Origin: Vicugna vicugna
Taxonomy: Eukaryota
Direction of reading: 5' to 3'
Length of the DNA: 64,000 bases
NCBI GenBank assembly: GCA_013265495.1
Contig: MU058718.1
Coordinates: forward strand, 682,001 to 746,000
A program made the translations under genes and the position numbers. Under the pieces are notes generated by a model. It saw only the letters and a list, made by a program, of their open reading frames with translations. It searched no databases and had not been told where the DNA came from. Each line of letters opens with the position of its first letter. Position 1 is the first letter of the stretch. Of the stretch, positions 1 through 13,569 are shown piece by piece.

Positions 1-329
1 TGCATGTCCGTCAGTGTTCGTGGATGGGAGAAAGCTGACCAGGAAGGAAGGAGGAGCCCACTCAGCTTAGGGACGCCATGCCGGAGTGAGGAAACACCTC
101 AGTCTGTTTTCATCCCTGTGTGGCTGTGATTTCTATGTTTACTCTGGTGGTTTTTGGAGCAATTTTGGCTGCTGCGGTAAGTAAGGCAGGTCGTTTGGAA
201 GATTAAAGCTGTGTCCTGCGTGCTTGGGAGGCAGGAGCAGTCCGGTTGCCCTTTGTGCTTCCCGCATATGAGCCCCTCGGAGAGGCAGCGGTGAGGACAG
301 TGACAAGAGCTGCAATAACCAGAACAGAA

Positions 330-515
330 ACCACTCTCAATTACCGCACACCCGCGCTGGGCGCCTTCCAGCCAGTGTCTGCAATCAGTTCAGTAACCCT
401 GCAAGCTAGGCCTTATCACCCTGATTTTACAGATGGGAACTGAGATTCAGAAAGGCTAATTCATTTGGCCAAGGTCGCAAGTAAGACACAGCACAGAGGC
501 GTGAACCCAGTTCTG
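330..515 (-). mobile_element. MIR SINE
   Basis: Core ttttacagatgggaactgagattcagaaaggctaa...ccaaggtc. Confidence 0.75.
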
Positions 516-1406
516 CTCTCCTTGGGGTCGGTCTGGGTCCATCCCATCCACTGGAGCTAAGAAAAGCAAGTCACCTGGCCCACTCATCCTCTGCTCCCTG
601 GACTCTCTCGGTGGTTCAGTCTTTTAGGCGAAAAGCTACCCTCACACATGCACAGTTCTTCCAGGAAACCAGATGAACAGTAACCTACTTCTACATTGCT
701 CAGCGAGCCTTTAATTACTGGGAACAGACAGGATCACAGTCACCAGAATGCACCGTGACATCTACGGTGGAGGGGGCGATGGGGGTGGCGGGCAAGGGAT
801 GCAGCCAGATTTGTTTGGCATCAAAGAGGCAGAGAGAGAACTAAGCATCCTGTTTAGAAGCAAGAATAAACCCCCTTTCATTAATCTATAAAGTTGCCTG
901 AGTTGGGCCACAACAAACACTCAAAGTCTTCAGAATATCGCCACAAAAACATGTTAGTGGTCTGGGCTGTAAACAGCTGTTTTTCTTCATACAGGAAGAG
1001 TGATGCTTTTCACTCCACAGGGGTGGGGGCAGAAGGGAATCCCTCAAAATGCAGCAGACACTTAAACATGATTCCGCGCTGATTCATCCAATCTGCGACA
1101 GTATTCCACTCACTTTGGGATTCTTGGCGCAAAGTGTTCTCTCAGTGCTGGCAAAATCATCTTTCCACGCTAAGTGATAGACCACTTCCTCTAACATGCT
1201 CTAAAGCTCACAACACGTTTAAGTTAGACTTAATTTTGCATATGAGAGAAAAGTGATGCCATCGCAAGCAGAAATCCTAATAGCCACTGGGGCTGAGTTA
1301 AAAACCAACCACATTAACAGTGGATTCAACGAAAGAGTCGCTTCTGAAGATAAAAAGCCCCCATTAAATAGTCTTCATCTGCTTGTTTCAGCCAGACTTG
1401 ACATAC

Positions 1407-1586
1407 TAGCTACTCATTTCCAGCCATGATGATTTCAAGTCTGCGACTTGCTCCTTTGAGGCAGCATTCCACGGAAAACACATGTTCCGGAGGGACCCTC
1501 TGAAGAGAGAGCCGCAACCTTCCCCTCTCGAAGGGACCCAGAGTTGAGAGCATGTGAATTCTTTAACAGTCCCTGGGCTAAGTCTC
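1407..1586 (-). other. Exon-like segment (180 nt)
   Basis: Acceptor ttccttatattctactcactatAG, donor GTATGT; overlaps ORF 1406..1699. Confidence 0.3.
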
Positions 1587-1864
1587 CTATAGTGAGTAGA
1601 ATATAAGGAAGAAGACGTGGAGCTATATTTGGGGAATTTCACAGTAATCAACTTATAACAGAGAGCCAGGCAGGACCTAAAACTCAGCAGCCTGGCCACT
1701 GTTCTGGCATCTAAGTGGTGCTTCTTCTCAGTTTAAATTAAAAGAAGACAAAGCCTAGCAGCCTAATCTAAATTTCCTCTGCTCTGTCATCTTCGACGCT
1801 GATCTGAGGTTCCTACTTCTTTCTGTGTCCTTTCCTGGACTTGGAGCTTGATCTTCCAGGGTAA

Positions 1865-2075
1865 CACAGTGGAGGGAAGAACCCAGATTCTCTGGGTTCA
1901 GGCTCGGCCTCTGTCCCTCACCAGGTCTGTGACCCTGGGCAAGTGACTTACCTGTCGCCTGTAAAATGGGACTGGTGATAACAGAACCAATTTCATAGGG
2001 ATGTTCTAAGGAGTAAACTAGAAAGGGGATTCAATTAAAACAGAAGTGCCACGTTAAGTGTTAGCTATTGTTACA
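1865..2075 (+). mobile_element. MIR SINE
   Basis: tgtgaccctgggcaagtgactt...ctgtaaaatggg core. Confidence 0.75.
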
Positions 2076-2385
2076 TTGATTTGTTATTGTTCTTCCTTCC
2101 TGTCTTTTTTTGTTTGCTTTTTTTCAATGAATAGTTACTGATTATCCCCATGATACAAGACTCTACACTGGGTGCTAAATGAACTGCAAATAGAGGCAGG
2201 ATATAGTCTCTGGCCTCCAAGGAAGGAAAGAAGGTAAAAAGCTATAGTAGAAAAGAAATTGCTGGTCTGGGATTTGGGGAAACTAGACTCTGGCCTTAAC
2301 ACTGTCGCTAACTTCTTTATGGCTTTCTTATCTGTGAACGGCAAGGTCCTTCTAGAGGTCTTGACAATTGAAAGTAATAGTACAT

Positions 2386-2471
2386 AGTATGTATACGTAT
2401 GATTGAAACATTATGCTGTACACCAGAAATTGACACAACATAACTGACTATACTTCAATTTAAAAAAGAAA
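2386..2471 (+). mobile_element. Young 5'-truncated L1 3' tail with TSD
   Basis: gctgtacaccagaaattgacaca...ctgactatacttcaa + A tail; direct repeat gaaagtaatagtacatagta at 2370-2389 and 2472-2491. Confidence 0.85.
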
Positions 2472-4941
2472 GAAAGTAATAGTACATAGTACACAGCCAG
2501 GCCCTGCACACATTGTCATCTGAGAGATGATACAAGTACCACAAAAGCTCAGAAGGAAGAGAAATGGTTTCTGGTTGGGCCAGTCCCAGAAGGCAGCACT
2601 GGCTGAGAATCTGCTCAGCCCTCAAGGCTGGGTTGGAGATTGGGAGATGGGGTGGGTGCGGTCTCAAGCGGAGAGAGGCTAACGTGCAGAGGCTCAGGAG
2701 TACTTAGGAACTAGTAAACAGGGCGTTTTGGCTGTAGCTGAGAACCGGTTTGGGGAACACAGGAGGGAGGACAAGCAAGGTCAGCTTTCTGAGGGCTGGT
2801 GCACAACAAAACCATTGGCAGTTTTTGATGAGGAAATCATATCAGAACGGCGCGGTCTGGGGAGACACATCTGGTGGTGGCCTGCAGGAGGGAGTGGGTG
2901 GAGAGCGAACAGTTGGAGGACAACTGCCTCAGGAAGGCAGGGGATGTCTGCAGCTCGGGAGGGAGGGGCCCCACCACGGAGCAGCTGTCAGGTCTGGGGC
3001 GGGCGCTCCCTTAGCCTCTCCTATCCACAGTTCTCTCGTGTTAACAAAACGATATCAGCAAAGTGTGAGCACAGGGCCTGCATGTGGTAAGGAGTCAGCA
3101 AACATTACCTAGAGAAGAAAGTGATGGATGTGAGAAAAGTTTTGAACAGAGAATCACTATTTTCCTGTAAGTCAGTTATTGGTGAAACAAATAGCAGGCG
3201 ACAGTAAGAGGGGGGCCACTTAGAGACTTCCCCCAAGTCACCGGCACAGCGGGCTGGGAGAAGATGACCAAGGGAGCTGGTCATCCAGGAGAATGTCGGG
3301 AAGCAGAGGCACAGCCTGACCATCTCCCTGGCTCTTCACTCAGAATGACCCGGGGGAACGACACTGAGGTGGCTGCGTAGACCAGGGAGAGAGAAAGCCA
3401 AAGCCCTCCTGGACCTGGAGCCCTGACCTCCATGCATGGTCCCTGGGGAAGGGACGAGAGGCTCCACCCTCAGCTCTCAGCCCAGAGTCACCAATGCTGC
3501 AGATCACAGCTATGACTGCATCCCACAACAAGACAGTAAGCATTTTTGTTTCCATTTTCAAGGTGAGGAAATTGGGCTGAGGTCACTTGGCGAGCTGGTA
3601 ACAGCTGAACCCAGAGCCCGGACTTTGTCTTGGACTTGAAAGCCAGTTCCCCTCCCAGCTGTCTCTCAGGCTGCTTCCTCCCCCAAGTCAGCCTTCACAA
3701 ACAGGTCTAAAACCACAATGCAAAATACAAGAGCGTGAAATTGGAAATAAAATAGGTGCTTCTACATCTATTTAAATCCCATTTATTTTTAATAACTACT
3801 GAGGTTAGGCTTTGCATGAAAGGTGAAAAGCTGGTTTAAATCTTGATTTATCTCTTGGTTGACTAGTAAAATATTGTGGTTCTGCTCAAGTGAAGAAAAG
3901 GCCCATCGAAAATGTCACACTTATTTAGCCCTTCTTAAAGCTGAGTATACACCTCCTGGACACTTTCTTCCAGGGTCTTAAGCACCTGTGATTTGCCAGC
4001 TTTTAGTTTGCTGGTGTGTTCCATTCCTCCAACACGCGGGGGTACCTATGAGTCTGCAGGCCTATGGCACCCAAAGGGCTAATGCTCACACTGTCAGTTA
4101 CACATAAATTCTCATCTTAAGTGGGAATCATTTGTCCTCTCAGTTAAGTGTCTCTGAAAATACATGCTATTTATAAACCAAAGGCATCTGGCTCCAAATG
4201 GGGGCTAATTACAATCACAATAAAAAATAGTAATGTAAATTGGTTAGCAGGAGAGTCTCCAGTATGAGCAAAAACAATTATGCCAATAAATCTACCTTAT
4301 CAGGAAGTTAATGAGAATATCAGGCCGTAGATAAAGAGCCTCACATAGGCATTTTTAAATTAAATCCACAAAGTACCACTGGCCCTCTCTCCATTGACCT
4401 GGAGGGTTCCCTCTTGACCTCAGTGGTCCAGAACAACACTTCTGGGGTTTTTCCACAACCATCTGCTGCTTCTGATGCCTTACGACAGTTGGCTGGAGTA
4501 ACTTCTGTCAGTCTTGCTTAGTCATGGATGCCTTGAGTCTCTCATCAGACTTAACTAAAGAACCAAAAGTCTCTCTGTTATTAGGTTTTACCTGAACAAC
4601 AATGGAGGCAATTTGTGTCTTCAACTCACTCCCTGAGCTTTGGAGTTCACACCCTGCCCAGGTGTGTAGTTGTGTCTTCTTGTCACTGGGAAAGAAAATC
4701 CGCTATTACTCAAAGGAAGGAAAACAAGACTTCAGGTTCTGACATCTCCTTTCTTCCAAAGGCCTGAAATATCAGGTAAGCAGTTCTTCCAATCTGTTCA
4801 GAGCTTAGTCAGGACATTTTGGTTATTTCAGACCCAGAAAATCCTCAGAAACCAGGGTCCATTATGTAGGGTCATACAGATGGAGACGGATGAGGATCAA
4901 GGAGGAATTTATGAGGATCGAGGAAAGCCAACCAGTTTCAC

Positions 4942-5001
4942 CTGAAGATCTCCGTGGCCATCCATCTTTTCTGCCATCTGCTCCAAACTTGGACCTATGC
5001 C
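4942..5001 (-). other. Exon-like segment (60 nt), GIGPSLEQMAEKMDGHGDLQ
   Basis: Acceptor tcttttgcctctcAG, donor CAG|GTGAAA. Confidence 0.35.
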
Positions 5002-5347
5002 CTGAGAGGCAAAAGACAATTCCATCCATCTTAAAAGTCCATTCAGGTGAAATGCCATTAAGTTGCATTATTTTCCAGAACTACAGAGAGAAACATTTCT
5101 TTTCTAGTTGAGATGGCAGCCATCAGTTGTTCCTCATTAACTTGAGAGAAGCATCTGGTTTGTGCTGGAGAATAAAATAATTCACAATCTACCAAAATTA
5201 AACCCGTAAGAGCTATTACTGAAATGCAGAATGGCCTCTTATTTGCTGGAGGTGGGTGGATTCATGCTTTCTCATGAAGTTCATGTTCTGGCATTCTTAT
5301 CTTTGGGATCCACATTCCCTGGGTGAACAGGAACCCAATCCTCATAC

Positions 5348-5547
5348 CTGTTTTATGATTTTAAGCATTCCACATTAGCACAAATGAAAGCACATTCATA
5401 CAGCTTTTATTGTGAAAGACAATCACCACCTCATTGTAAAATATTCTTCTTCTTGAATAATTCTTCTCAGACACCTCTGTTAACATGTCCGGGATCCACA
5501 GGCATCCTCACGTTTTTCCTGCAGTTGTTTGTGTTCTAATACAGAGT
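5348..5547 (-). other. Exon-like segment (200 nt), SVLEHKQLQEKREDACGSRTC*, with internal AATAAA
   Basis: Acceptor atttctgtgctgtgtctAG, donor CAG|GTATGA; AATAAA at 5406-5411 on the minus strand. Confidence 0.35.
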
Positions 5548-5762
5548 CTAGACACAGCACAGAAATGGAGGAAGTTCTTTCCACAATGTTTTTAGACCAA
5601 AGAGGATAGAAAATGAATGAAAACAAACACACTGGATTTTAGAACACTTCAAATCAGATTTCCTTCACTAAATCCTGACCTCACTTTATGCGAAATAGGT
5701 ATATTCCTAAACCACCTAATGTAACTCATTTCAGTAAATCAAAGCTCATTATTTAAAGGAAT

Positions 5763-5797
5763 TTCTCTCTCTCTCTCCCCTCTCCCTCTCTCTCTCT
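5763..5797. repeat. (CT)n-rich microsatellite
   Basis: Direct inspection. Confidence 0.9.
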
Positions 5798-6372
5798 ATT
5801 GGGTTCACATAAATAAACACAGATTACAAACCTTTTTAAGCCAAAGATCGTATCTTTCCTGGAACAAGTGCTTTGAAATATATTGTTGTTCAACTCCAAA
5901 TGGTTTCTCCCTTATTTATTTCGGAGTTCTTTGAACTGAACTAAATTTGCTTAGGGAGAGAGAAGGAGAGAGAGGTAGAAAGGAGAAGAGAAGGTGGAAG
6001 AGAGGGGAGACAGGAAGGCACGGGGAGGCGGGGAGAGAGAAAGTGCATCCACTCCAGAGGGCTTGCACAAATGGTTCTGCCCACAGTTTCCCTCAATTAG
6101 CATGTGTCCTTGGATGCACAAGATAAGGGAGATGTGTGTCTGCTTTCTCCTCAGCCAGGCTCAGCTCTCCTGTAAATCTCATAGTATAAGCATCTCGACA
6201 TGCTCAGTAGACATGTATATTTTACACAACATGCTGCCACTAAAAAAGAAACTATAATCCAACACATACAGTAGCTTGCATCGACACATACAGTATCTTG
6301 GATTGGGTTGACAGTTCATCTTAAAAAAAAAGACTGGTTAAAGCATGGAATTATAAATGATTCTCTCATTTT

Positions 6373-6423
6373 ATATATATATATATATATAAATTGACAA
6401 ATATATATATATATAAATTGACA
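6373..6423. repeat. (AT)n microsatellite with duplicated (AT)n-aaattgaca unit
   Basis: Two tandem copies of atatatatatataaattgaca. Confidence 0.9.
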
Positions 6424-7269
6424 TTTATTCATTGATATTTAAATATATGAGTGTACACTCATTCACAAATTTGCTACAAGAGCAATGCCTGGTCTTTGAC
6501 GATGGGCCCACTTTCTGGAATCCCCAGTTGTCTCTCCTGCACAAACCAGAAATCTGCTCTGATTTTTTCAGGTTCAGTTTCAAAGACAGCTGAAAAGCAA
6601 TCTGACTGTGGAAGTTGCCTAGATTTTTATGACTGTCCCCCTAACCTTTTAGAGTTATCTTGTGTGAAATTTATTTGGCCACAACTTTTTTTTAAAGCAA
6701 ATCCATTACTGACAAGTTTTTCCGAGACAACAGTGTAATTTTCATAGAAACATCTCTCCTTTCCACATTCGTGTATCATCTGTTTATGTAATATTAGTTA
6801 CATGTCTTAAATGGAAGAGGTACAACTGGCATAAACAGGTTTGGCAGCAAACAACTCTCAACTGGATTCCAACTGAGCTGACCAGAGAAGTAGGAGGGCC
6901 CACGAGAGGGCAGCTGACCTCCCCAGCACAGCACAGACATCCACATGCTTGCCTGCCGGGGCAGAGAGCACAGTTTGACTGCTGGGTGGGGCCAATGAGC
7001 CCCTCTGCGCCTCCTCTGAGGCTCAGCCAAAGAAATAGCTAATGATCTAGTCCAGTGATGGAGGGGGAAGATGACCAGGTTGGACCAAGGGAGGAACAGT
7101 AGGTTGGTCTTTAACCTGATGCCTTTCTAAGTACGGTAATTCTGTCTGCCCAACTTTTATCTTACAGACTATTGGATAAACCTCCTCATGAGGTACAATA
7201 CATAACACTGCCCGTAAACAGAACAGAAAGAAAAAGTAGCCACGCTTTTGGCTAAACAGAAAAATGAAA

Positions 7270-7590
7270 ACACAAAATACATATATAAGTATATATTATA
7301 CAAATATGTATATACTTTTAAATATATAGTCTATTACATACAAAAGTATATATACTGTACATTTTATAGTATATATTTAATAGTATAAAATATCTAGTAT
7401 ATCACATATAAAAAAATACGCTATATATTTTAAAGTATATAGTGTATATAAATACATAGTATATGTTATAAATATATATACTTATTTTAAAGTATATATC
7501 TATTTATTATGTATAATATATATTCTGCCTTTTAGTTATATAGGTATATATATAAGTGTATATACAGATGTATATGGCGTACACATGTGT
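7270..7590. repeat. AT-rich low-complexity (TA)n-derived tract
   Basis: Direct inspection. Confidence 0.85.
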
Positions 7591-7929
7591 GTGTATTTAC
7601 TTATCTGATGATGCTTCATGAGATGTGGAGGTTCACAACATATGTTAAGATCCTTTGACTAAAATCTCTAATCCTTAAAATTCAGCTGGATTGAAAAATC
7701 AGCTTAGTTGCCTTGGTTCAGTACTTCAGACCTCAGTTCATCATTTTACTCATCATTGTTACTACACAGGGTTTGGATAAAAATATTTTGAATGAAAAGT
7801 ATCTGAGGCTGAATCCAGTCTCAGTGTCAAGGAGTGAAAGCCCGTAACAGTCCATCCTGGCTAACGACACTTTGCAATGCTTGCAGTTGTGAGGAATGGG
7901 ATATTTAAAGGGGCTTTATTTAGCTCCGG

Positions 7930-9180
7930 AGTTTTATTTATTTATGATTTATTGTTTACATCCTGCCCATTTCCACGAAGGATTTGAGGCAGCTTGGCTC
8001 TTCAGTTAAACCCATTCTCAATCAGTTCAGTCACTTCTTCGTCATCCTGCTACGTCCAACTTCAATGAGTCGTTTTCCCAGTGTGTTCAATTAACTCGGA
8101 CCTGTGTGGTCAGGGCCTTCCACTGAGCAACAAAGGCAGTGCTTTTGCAGAGTCTGTGACCTTTGGTTTGCTGCCCAGTGCAGGGAGCCACCCTAGCAGC
8201 ACAGGAAATCCTGGCAGAACTTCCCAGGGCATCCCCTTTGGTGTCCAAACCTCACTGGGTGGAGGCATGGGGTGTGGAGACCCACAGGGTTGGCAGCAGC
8301 TCCACATCCTGTGCTGAGGAAGCAGAAAAGTGGACTCAGGACCCTCCCTGATGAGAATATAGGGCATCAGTAAGTGTCCCATCCAGTAGGGGTCTCCACC
8401 AATATGCTCAATGATCACACGTCCTCCTGTGTGAAACAAGAAGATGGGTAAAGCCTTGACCTTGGCTCCTATGGATCTCCACCCAGTCAAGTCTTCGACT
8501 AAATGGAACAAAGCATCCATCGGCATCATTTCAACCTGTCATTGATCTCTCTGGGCTGAGGAGGCCACCCAACTTTACTATGCCTGGTTTTTCCATCTAT
8601 CCCTTAGTGATGGAAACACAGGTCAGAGACATGCTTGATGAACCTCAGGGGAAGAGCTGCCATGTGTGGCTGCAGCACAAGCCCCTGAATGTCCTTGTGC
8701 CTGAGAGGTGCTCCTATCTGCTGCATGTGACCACCTCCTCGGGCTCCCAGCACCTGCTCTTGCCTCTTCCTCATGGGAATGGCGGCTGCCCATCTCAGTG
8801 CCTACCACTTTCCCAGGTGGTGGATAAGTGCTGCATTCAACCATATACTCCTGTTAGCTAGCCTGCATGCCTGGTGATTCTGCTCTCTGAGAGGACAGAT
8901 AGATTCAGCACCCAGTACACAGCTGTCAACACAAGGGACTGTCCTCAGACAGAAGAGAGATGCCTTTGATCATGTAAAGATGTTTTTCCATGAGTGGGGA
9001 CTGATGGGGAGTGTCCTCCACACCCTCCCATTAACCTCTTTGCAACCAAGAGCAGACATCAAGAAACAGCTGGCTGACTCTGGGTGCAGTCTGTGGCCAT
9101 GGAACAGTATGGAGCTAACTTGCACACACAAGGAATGAATCCATGATCCACACTAACAGTTTCACTAAGGACTGAGATCA
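7930..9180 (-). mobile_element. Ancient non-LTR retroelement relic (L4/RTE-X or MamSINE-like)
   Basis: Terminal motif tttattta...ccatttccacgaaggatttgaggcagctt shared with 62224; GC-richer body; family assigned from recall only. Confidence 0.4.
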
Positions 9181-9569
9181 ACGCATAGCTACAAGATGCA
9201 AATGCTGGTCTTGACTAGGATGGGTGCTAGCTTCACCCATCTCCAGGCGGAGACTCTGGGCTAGATTCCCCAAGGGTCTACCTCAGTGCTCTGCTTTTAT
9301 CTGCTAATTGGCACTCTGTTCTAACCACCTGGACAGACACAAATATGGCAGACACACCGGGGGAGGGCTTTGAATTCTTTAGAAATAAAAATGGCAACAA
9401 AGAAATCTATAGACACCATATTATGTACCTGAAGTATAGGTATGGACAAGAATTTTTATTGTATATAATTTTACTCTAATATGTCAGGGCAAAGAAATGT
9501 ATATTACTGTCTTAGGTATAAAGATGTCCATAGACCAAAATATAAAATTTGAATCACACTTTTCTACTT

Positions 9570-9710
9570 ACAAAGCACTTCCAAATGCTACCTTGTGCAG
9601 TATCATTATTACAACCTTCCTTGCTAGATGAGGAAACTGAGGCTTAGGAGAAAGCAAGTGATCTGCGACTAAAAGGACTGGAGGTGCATGCTTGGATCTC
9701 AAGTCTAATA
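9570..9710 (-). mobile_element. MIR SINE
   Basis: agatgaggaaactgaggctt core. Confidence 0.7.
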
Positions 9711-10169
9711 TAAGCCTCTCAAAGTTTCTGGTAAAAAACTGTGCATGAATTTCACTTAATAAGATGACTTAAAAAATGTGGTTCAGGGAGCTGCTGTTAA
9801 AAGACATCATGAGATTTTAAACTCAAAGGAAAAAAACACTCTTAAGTTAATGTTTTTATCCAGTCATTCCATCCAGAGCACACCGAGTGTCTAAGTTAGC
9901 CAAGCTGGAAAATGACTCGTGATGACTGGATTGTTCTCTACCACTGGCAACATCAGGGAACGTGGTCTGTCTCCATCCTGATGGGCAGGGCTGCTGCCAT
10001 CCTCGGGGCTCCCGCTCCCACAAACTGTCTAGGAACGCTCCTCAGCATTACCAAGAAATTTCTCCTGTCCGTGCAAACAGAAGATACTTGTGGCAAGGCT
10101 TGTGCTGGGGCAAACGTACCTAGAGAGAAATGGATAACCAAGTGACAACTGCCTGTGCTTCTGTCCTCG

Positions 10170-10310
10170 ACCAAGTGTTTCCTGGAACAAGTTACCCAGC
10201 TTCTCAGAAGACTCTTGGTTTCCTCTATTAAGATATAGGGAAAATAAAAATAACATCTACTTCTCACGTTCCTAGGAGGACAAACGGAAATAAGGTGATT
10301 TGAGAACAAC
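10170..10310 (+). mobile_element. MIR SINE fragment
   Basis: ggaacaagttacc...tttcctct...aataacatctacttctc. Confidence 0.55.
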
Positions 10311-13300
10311 ACAGCCACCCTACAAAGAAGAGCTTAGATACCAGTGACGTCTGGAAAATTAGCTTCACCCAGACCCAGGGACAAGGGGAGTGAGCTGACA
10401 GGCACCGTATGGTGGGCCTGGCTCACTTCTCAGCTTCTTCCCAGCCCCAAGGACATGCCCAGTGATGACACTGGCCACCTAAACTTTGTCCCAGTGAGTT
10501 CTGCTATTTAGCTCTGAGGGGTGGTCCCAAGTGTAGTCCCAGACAATGACACAGCTCAGGTAGTTTCCAAGCTGAATTTCCAGAGTCCAGAGTCAGCCAG
10601 ATCTCTAACAGCTGGGCTCCCTGACTTTCTGTTTGTTTGGTTTTCTGTGTCATGTTCTACCTTATGACCACCAGCCCCCGAGGTTTAGGGGGAGGTGGCT
10701 GACCATCTATCTTTGTTTCCCCACAGCACCACCAGGTAGAACATCCCCAGGAATGGTTTGCTGAAGAATGAGAACATGGATAGGGATTCATCAGTTGATT
10801 ATTCATGGTCCAGATGAAGGAAGGGCTATAAAAGTGCCAAACACTCCCTACCCTAAAAAAACAAAAAACAAACAAACAAAAAACACACACAAAATATCTT
10901 AACCCTGATAAAAAGGATACCACCAGGGAAGATAGCAGGTCTCCTATGAACTGAATTCTCAGCCATGATGTGTCTCAAATGCATCACAGGCTGTGGAGAT
11001 ATCGGTCCCCTTGGCCCTCGAGCAGTCAGGGACGGCCCAGGGTAGCTAAGTGACCCAAGTGTGCTGAACAAATGTAGCATTTTCTCCATGTGCCCAGGTA
11101 CATAAGGGACTGAGAGCCAGCCGCAGCCATTTGGAACCACAATCCTAAACATCTCTCTCTAGTACAGTGAGCCAGAGATAGAATGGATGCTAAGTTCCTA
11201 AGTTTCATGACTACTTCCTTGCCTGATTCCTCCCTTATGACATGAGGTCCTCACAAGTACCCTGTGAGCAAGGCATTCCTAGTTATAGATCTGCAAACTC
11301 AGCCTCAGAGAAGCCAAGCAAGTTGCCCAGGGCCATCTTTTTTCAAAGCACCAGATTGGCCCCAGTTCTGCTCACCTACTACACAGGGTGTAGGATGTGC
11401 CTAGCCACAGGGCACACCTAACTCCTCAGCCTGACTTCTCTTCTACCGAATGATAATAGTAACCTTGGAAGATGTGAGAGTGAGAATCAAAAGTGAAAAG
11501 TTAGGACACTCTACTGGGAAAAAAATTCCTTGGAGGAACACTGTGAAGACGGAATGACCCTCATTTGGAGACCGAGTGCACATCACAGTGAGGATGTCAC
11601 AAATGGGGTGGAGAGCTCAGGCAGTGGCTGGGTGAGAAAGAGAGTCTTCTCATTGGGCAGTTGGCTGTGATAGGGACAGACGGCTACCCAGAGCAGGGTG
11701 TCACACAAGCTGCTGGAAGTGTAGCTCTGAGGCTCAGGATAGGGGCTGTCTAAAGGTGGGACTTAGCAGTCATTTGCCCATAGAAGAAGGCTGAAACTTT
11801 GAGGGTGGCTGAGGCTCGGCAGGAAAATGTAGCCCAGATCTGGACCGTGATGGGGTTGCTGAGCCTCTGGGAGAGGTCCGAGAGCTCTACAGCTCCAGGC
11901 TAAAACTTCTGACGAACTGGAAGGCCAGATGGTTACACCTTCCCTTTGGGGTCCTTTCACAGCTACTTCATGTGATTCAATTAAAGAATGTTCTTGACCT
12001 CAAGATCCTAGAATCTAAAGCTCAGCTGTGCTGTTAAGGGTATCTTCACCCCGCAGAGCCTTAGCCCCTGGGGTGAATGGGATCTCCCCACCACACAATC
12101 TTTAGACTATCCACATCCACAGAATTGCAGAGTACGACCCAGAGAGAACATGCTAACCCTCAAGGGATAGATGGAGAAGGGACTGGCTCTTCATTGGCTG
12201 ATTTCAGCAGTCCTCATGTGGAGTGCCTTGACGTCAGCACTTACTCCACACGGCTGACCTGTCCTAGGGGTGCAGCTGGCCCCTAGGAAGGAGCGGGTGG
12301 TCACTGTATGTGACTGCACTGCTGCAGAGGACAGGCAGGTGCCCATGCCTTAGCAGAGAACCCAACACAACTTTGACAGCAATGTTGCAACACTCTCTAC
12401 AGAAAACCTTGACTACAAAGCTAGAAATAGTACTTCCAGCCGAACTCAACTCTTCCCTTCTGAAAACTTAGCATCTGATTCTCAACTGTCAATAAACAAG
12501 CAGGACCAGCAGCCCAATTTCACTATTAATTCTAGCTGCCTTGAAAAATGAGAAAGGAATCAGAGAGGAAATCCGTGCTTAGAGAGATGGGAATGCAACA
12601 GAGCAGTGAAGAAAAGCCTTTATACAGATGAACTGAGAGTGTAACTTACAGAAGGCAAATTTTAGCTGCTTGTCAGTTTTAGTTTCTCATTACAATACAG
12701 GTAGCTGGTCGGTGGATTAATTTGCTTCAATGGCTAAAGTACCTGGAATATCTTATAGTAAAATATTTTAATGGCTAATATTAACTGTAATTTATCACTG
12801 TAAGTTTAGTGAGGAAATTGAAAAATGATCACACTACAGGTGTTAGACACATCTATAGATTAGATGGAATGCATGCATTCCCATAAAAGGCATCCTGAAT
12901 ACCAGTCAATTTGGCATTGGCTTCCACTGGAAAATAGTTGTGAAGTTTCTCCAGGGAATGGAGAAATGGAAAATAATCAGGTTATTTGTCACCTTGCCCC
13001 GTAGGCTTGGTAAAATATGAGAAAGAACATAAATAGCTAGTCATAGAAGCAGCTTTACTATTCTTTTTGCTACTTATTTTAAAGCACATCGAAGCAAGTG
13101 TCTCAACATCTCTCAGTACCTTGGCAGACAGGTTCAAGACCTAGGGGGTTTCTCTTCCCACCACCAAATAAGTCAAGTTCAAACTCAAGGAGGAAAGTCC
13201 AAGAAGAGGTGGCCTATGGAAGAGAGACCCAGGCAGGAGTCCACCACACCAAGACCTGGAGTCTCTCCAAAGGCACACCTTGGGGAGAAAAGCCTTTGAC

Positions 13301-13569
13301 AGCTTCAGATCAAAGTAACTCTCCATATGCCAGCAGGGAATAGTCAACCAAAATGTAATCAGTGAAAAACAATCTAGACAGAGTGATACGATATGAAAAT
13401 CTATTGAAATGGTGGAGGATAAAAACCGAAACCAAAGGTTATTGAAGAGCTGAATTCTACAGGAAGAAAAGTTAAAGCGTAAGAAACTAACCAGTTCTGC
13501 CCATCTGATTTGTATTTATTTTTCCACATCCACCACAACATTAGCTTCCTTGGAAATACAAATTTTAAT

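Noticed and set aside
12229..12236. Full CRE palindrome TGACGTCA
   Set aside because: A single 8-mer in 64 kb with no promoter context is not informative.
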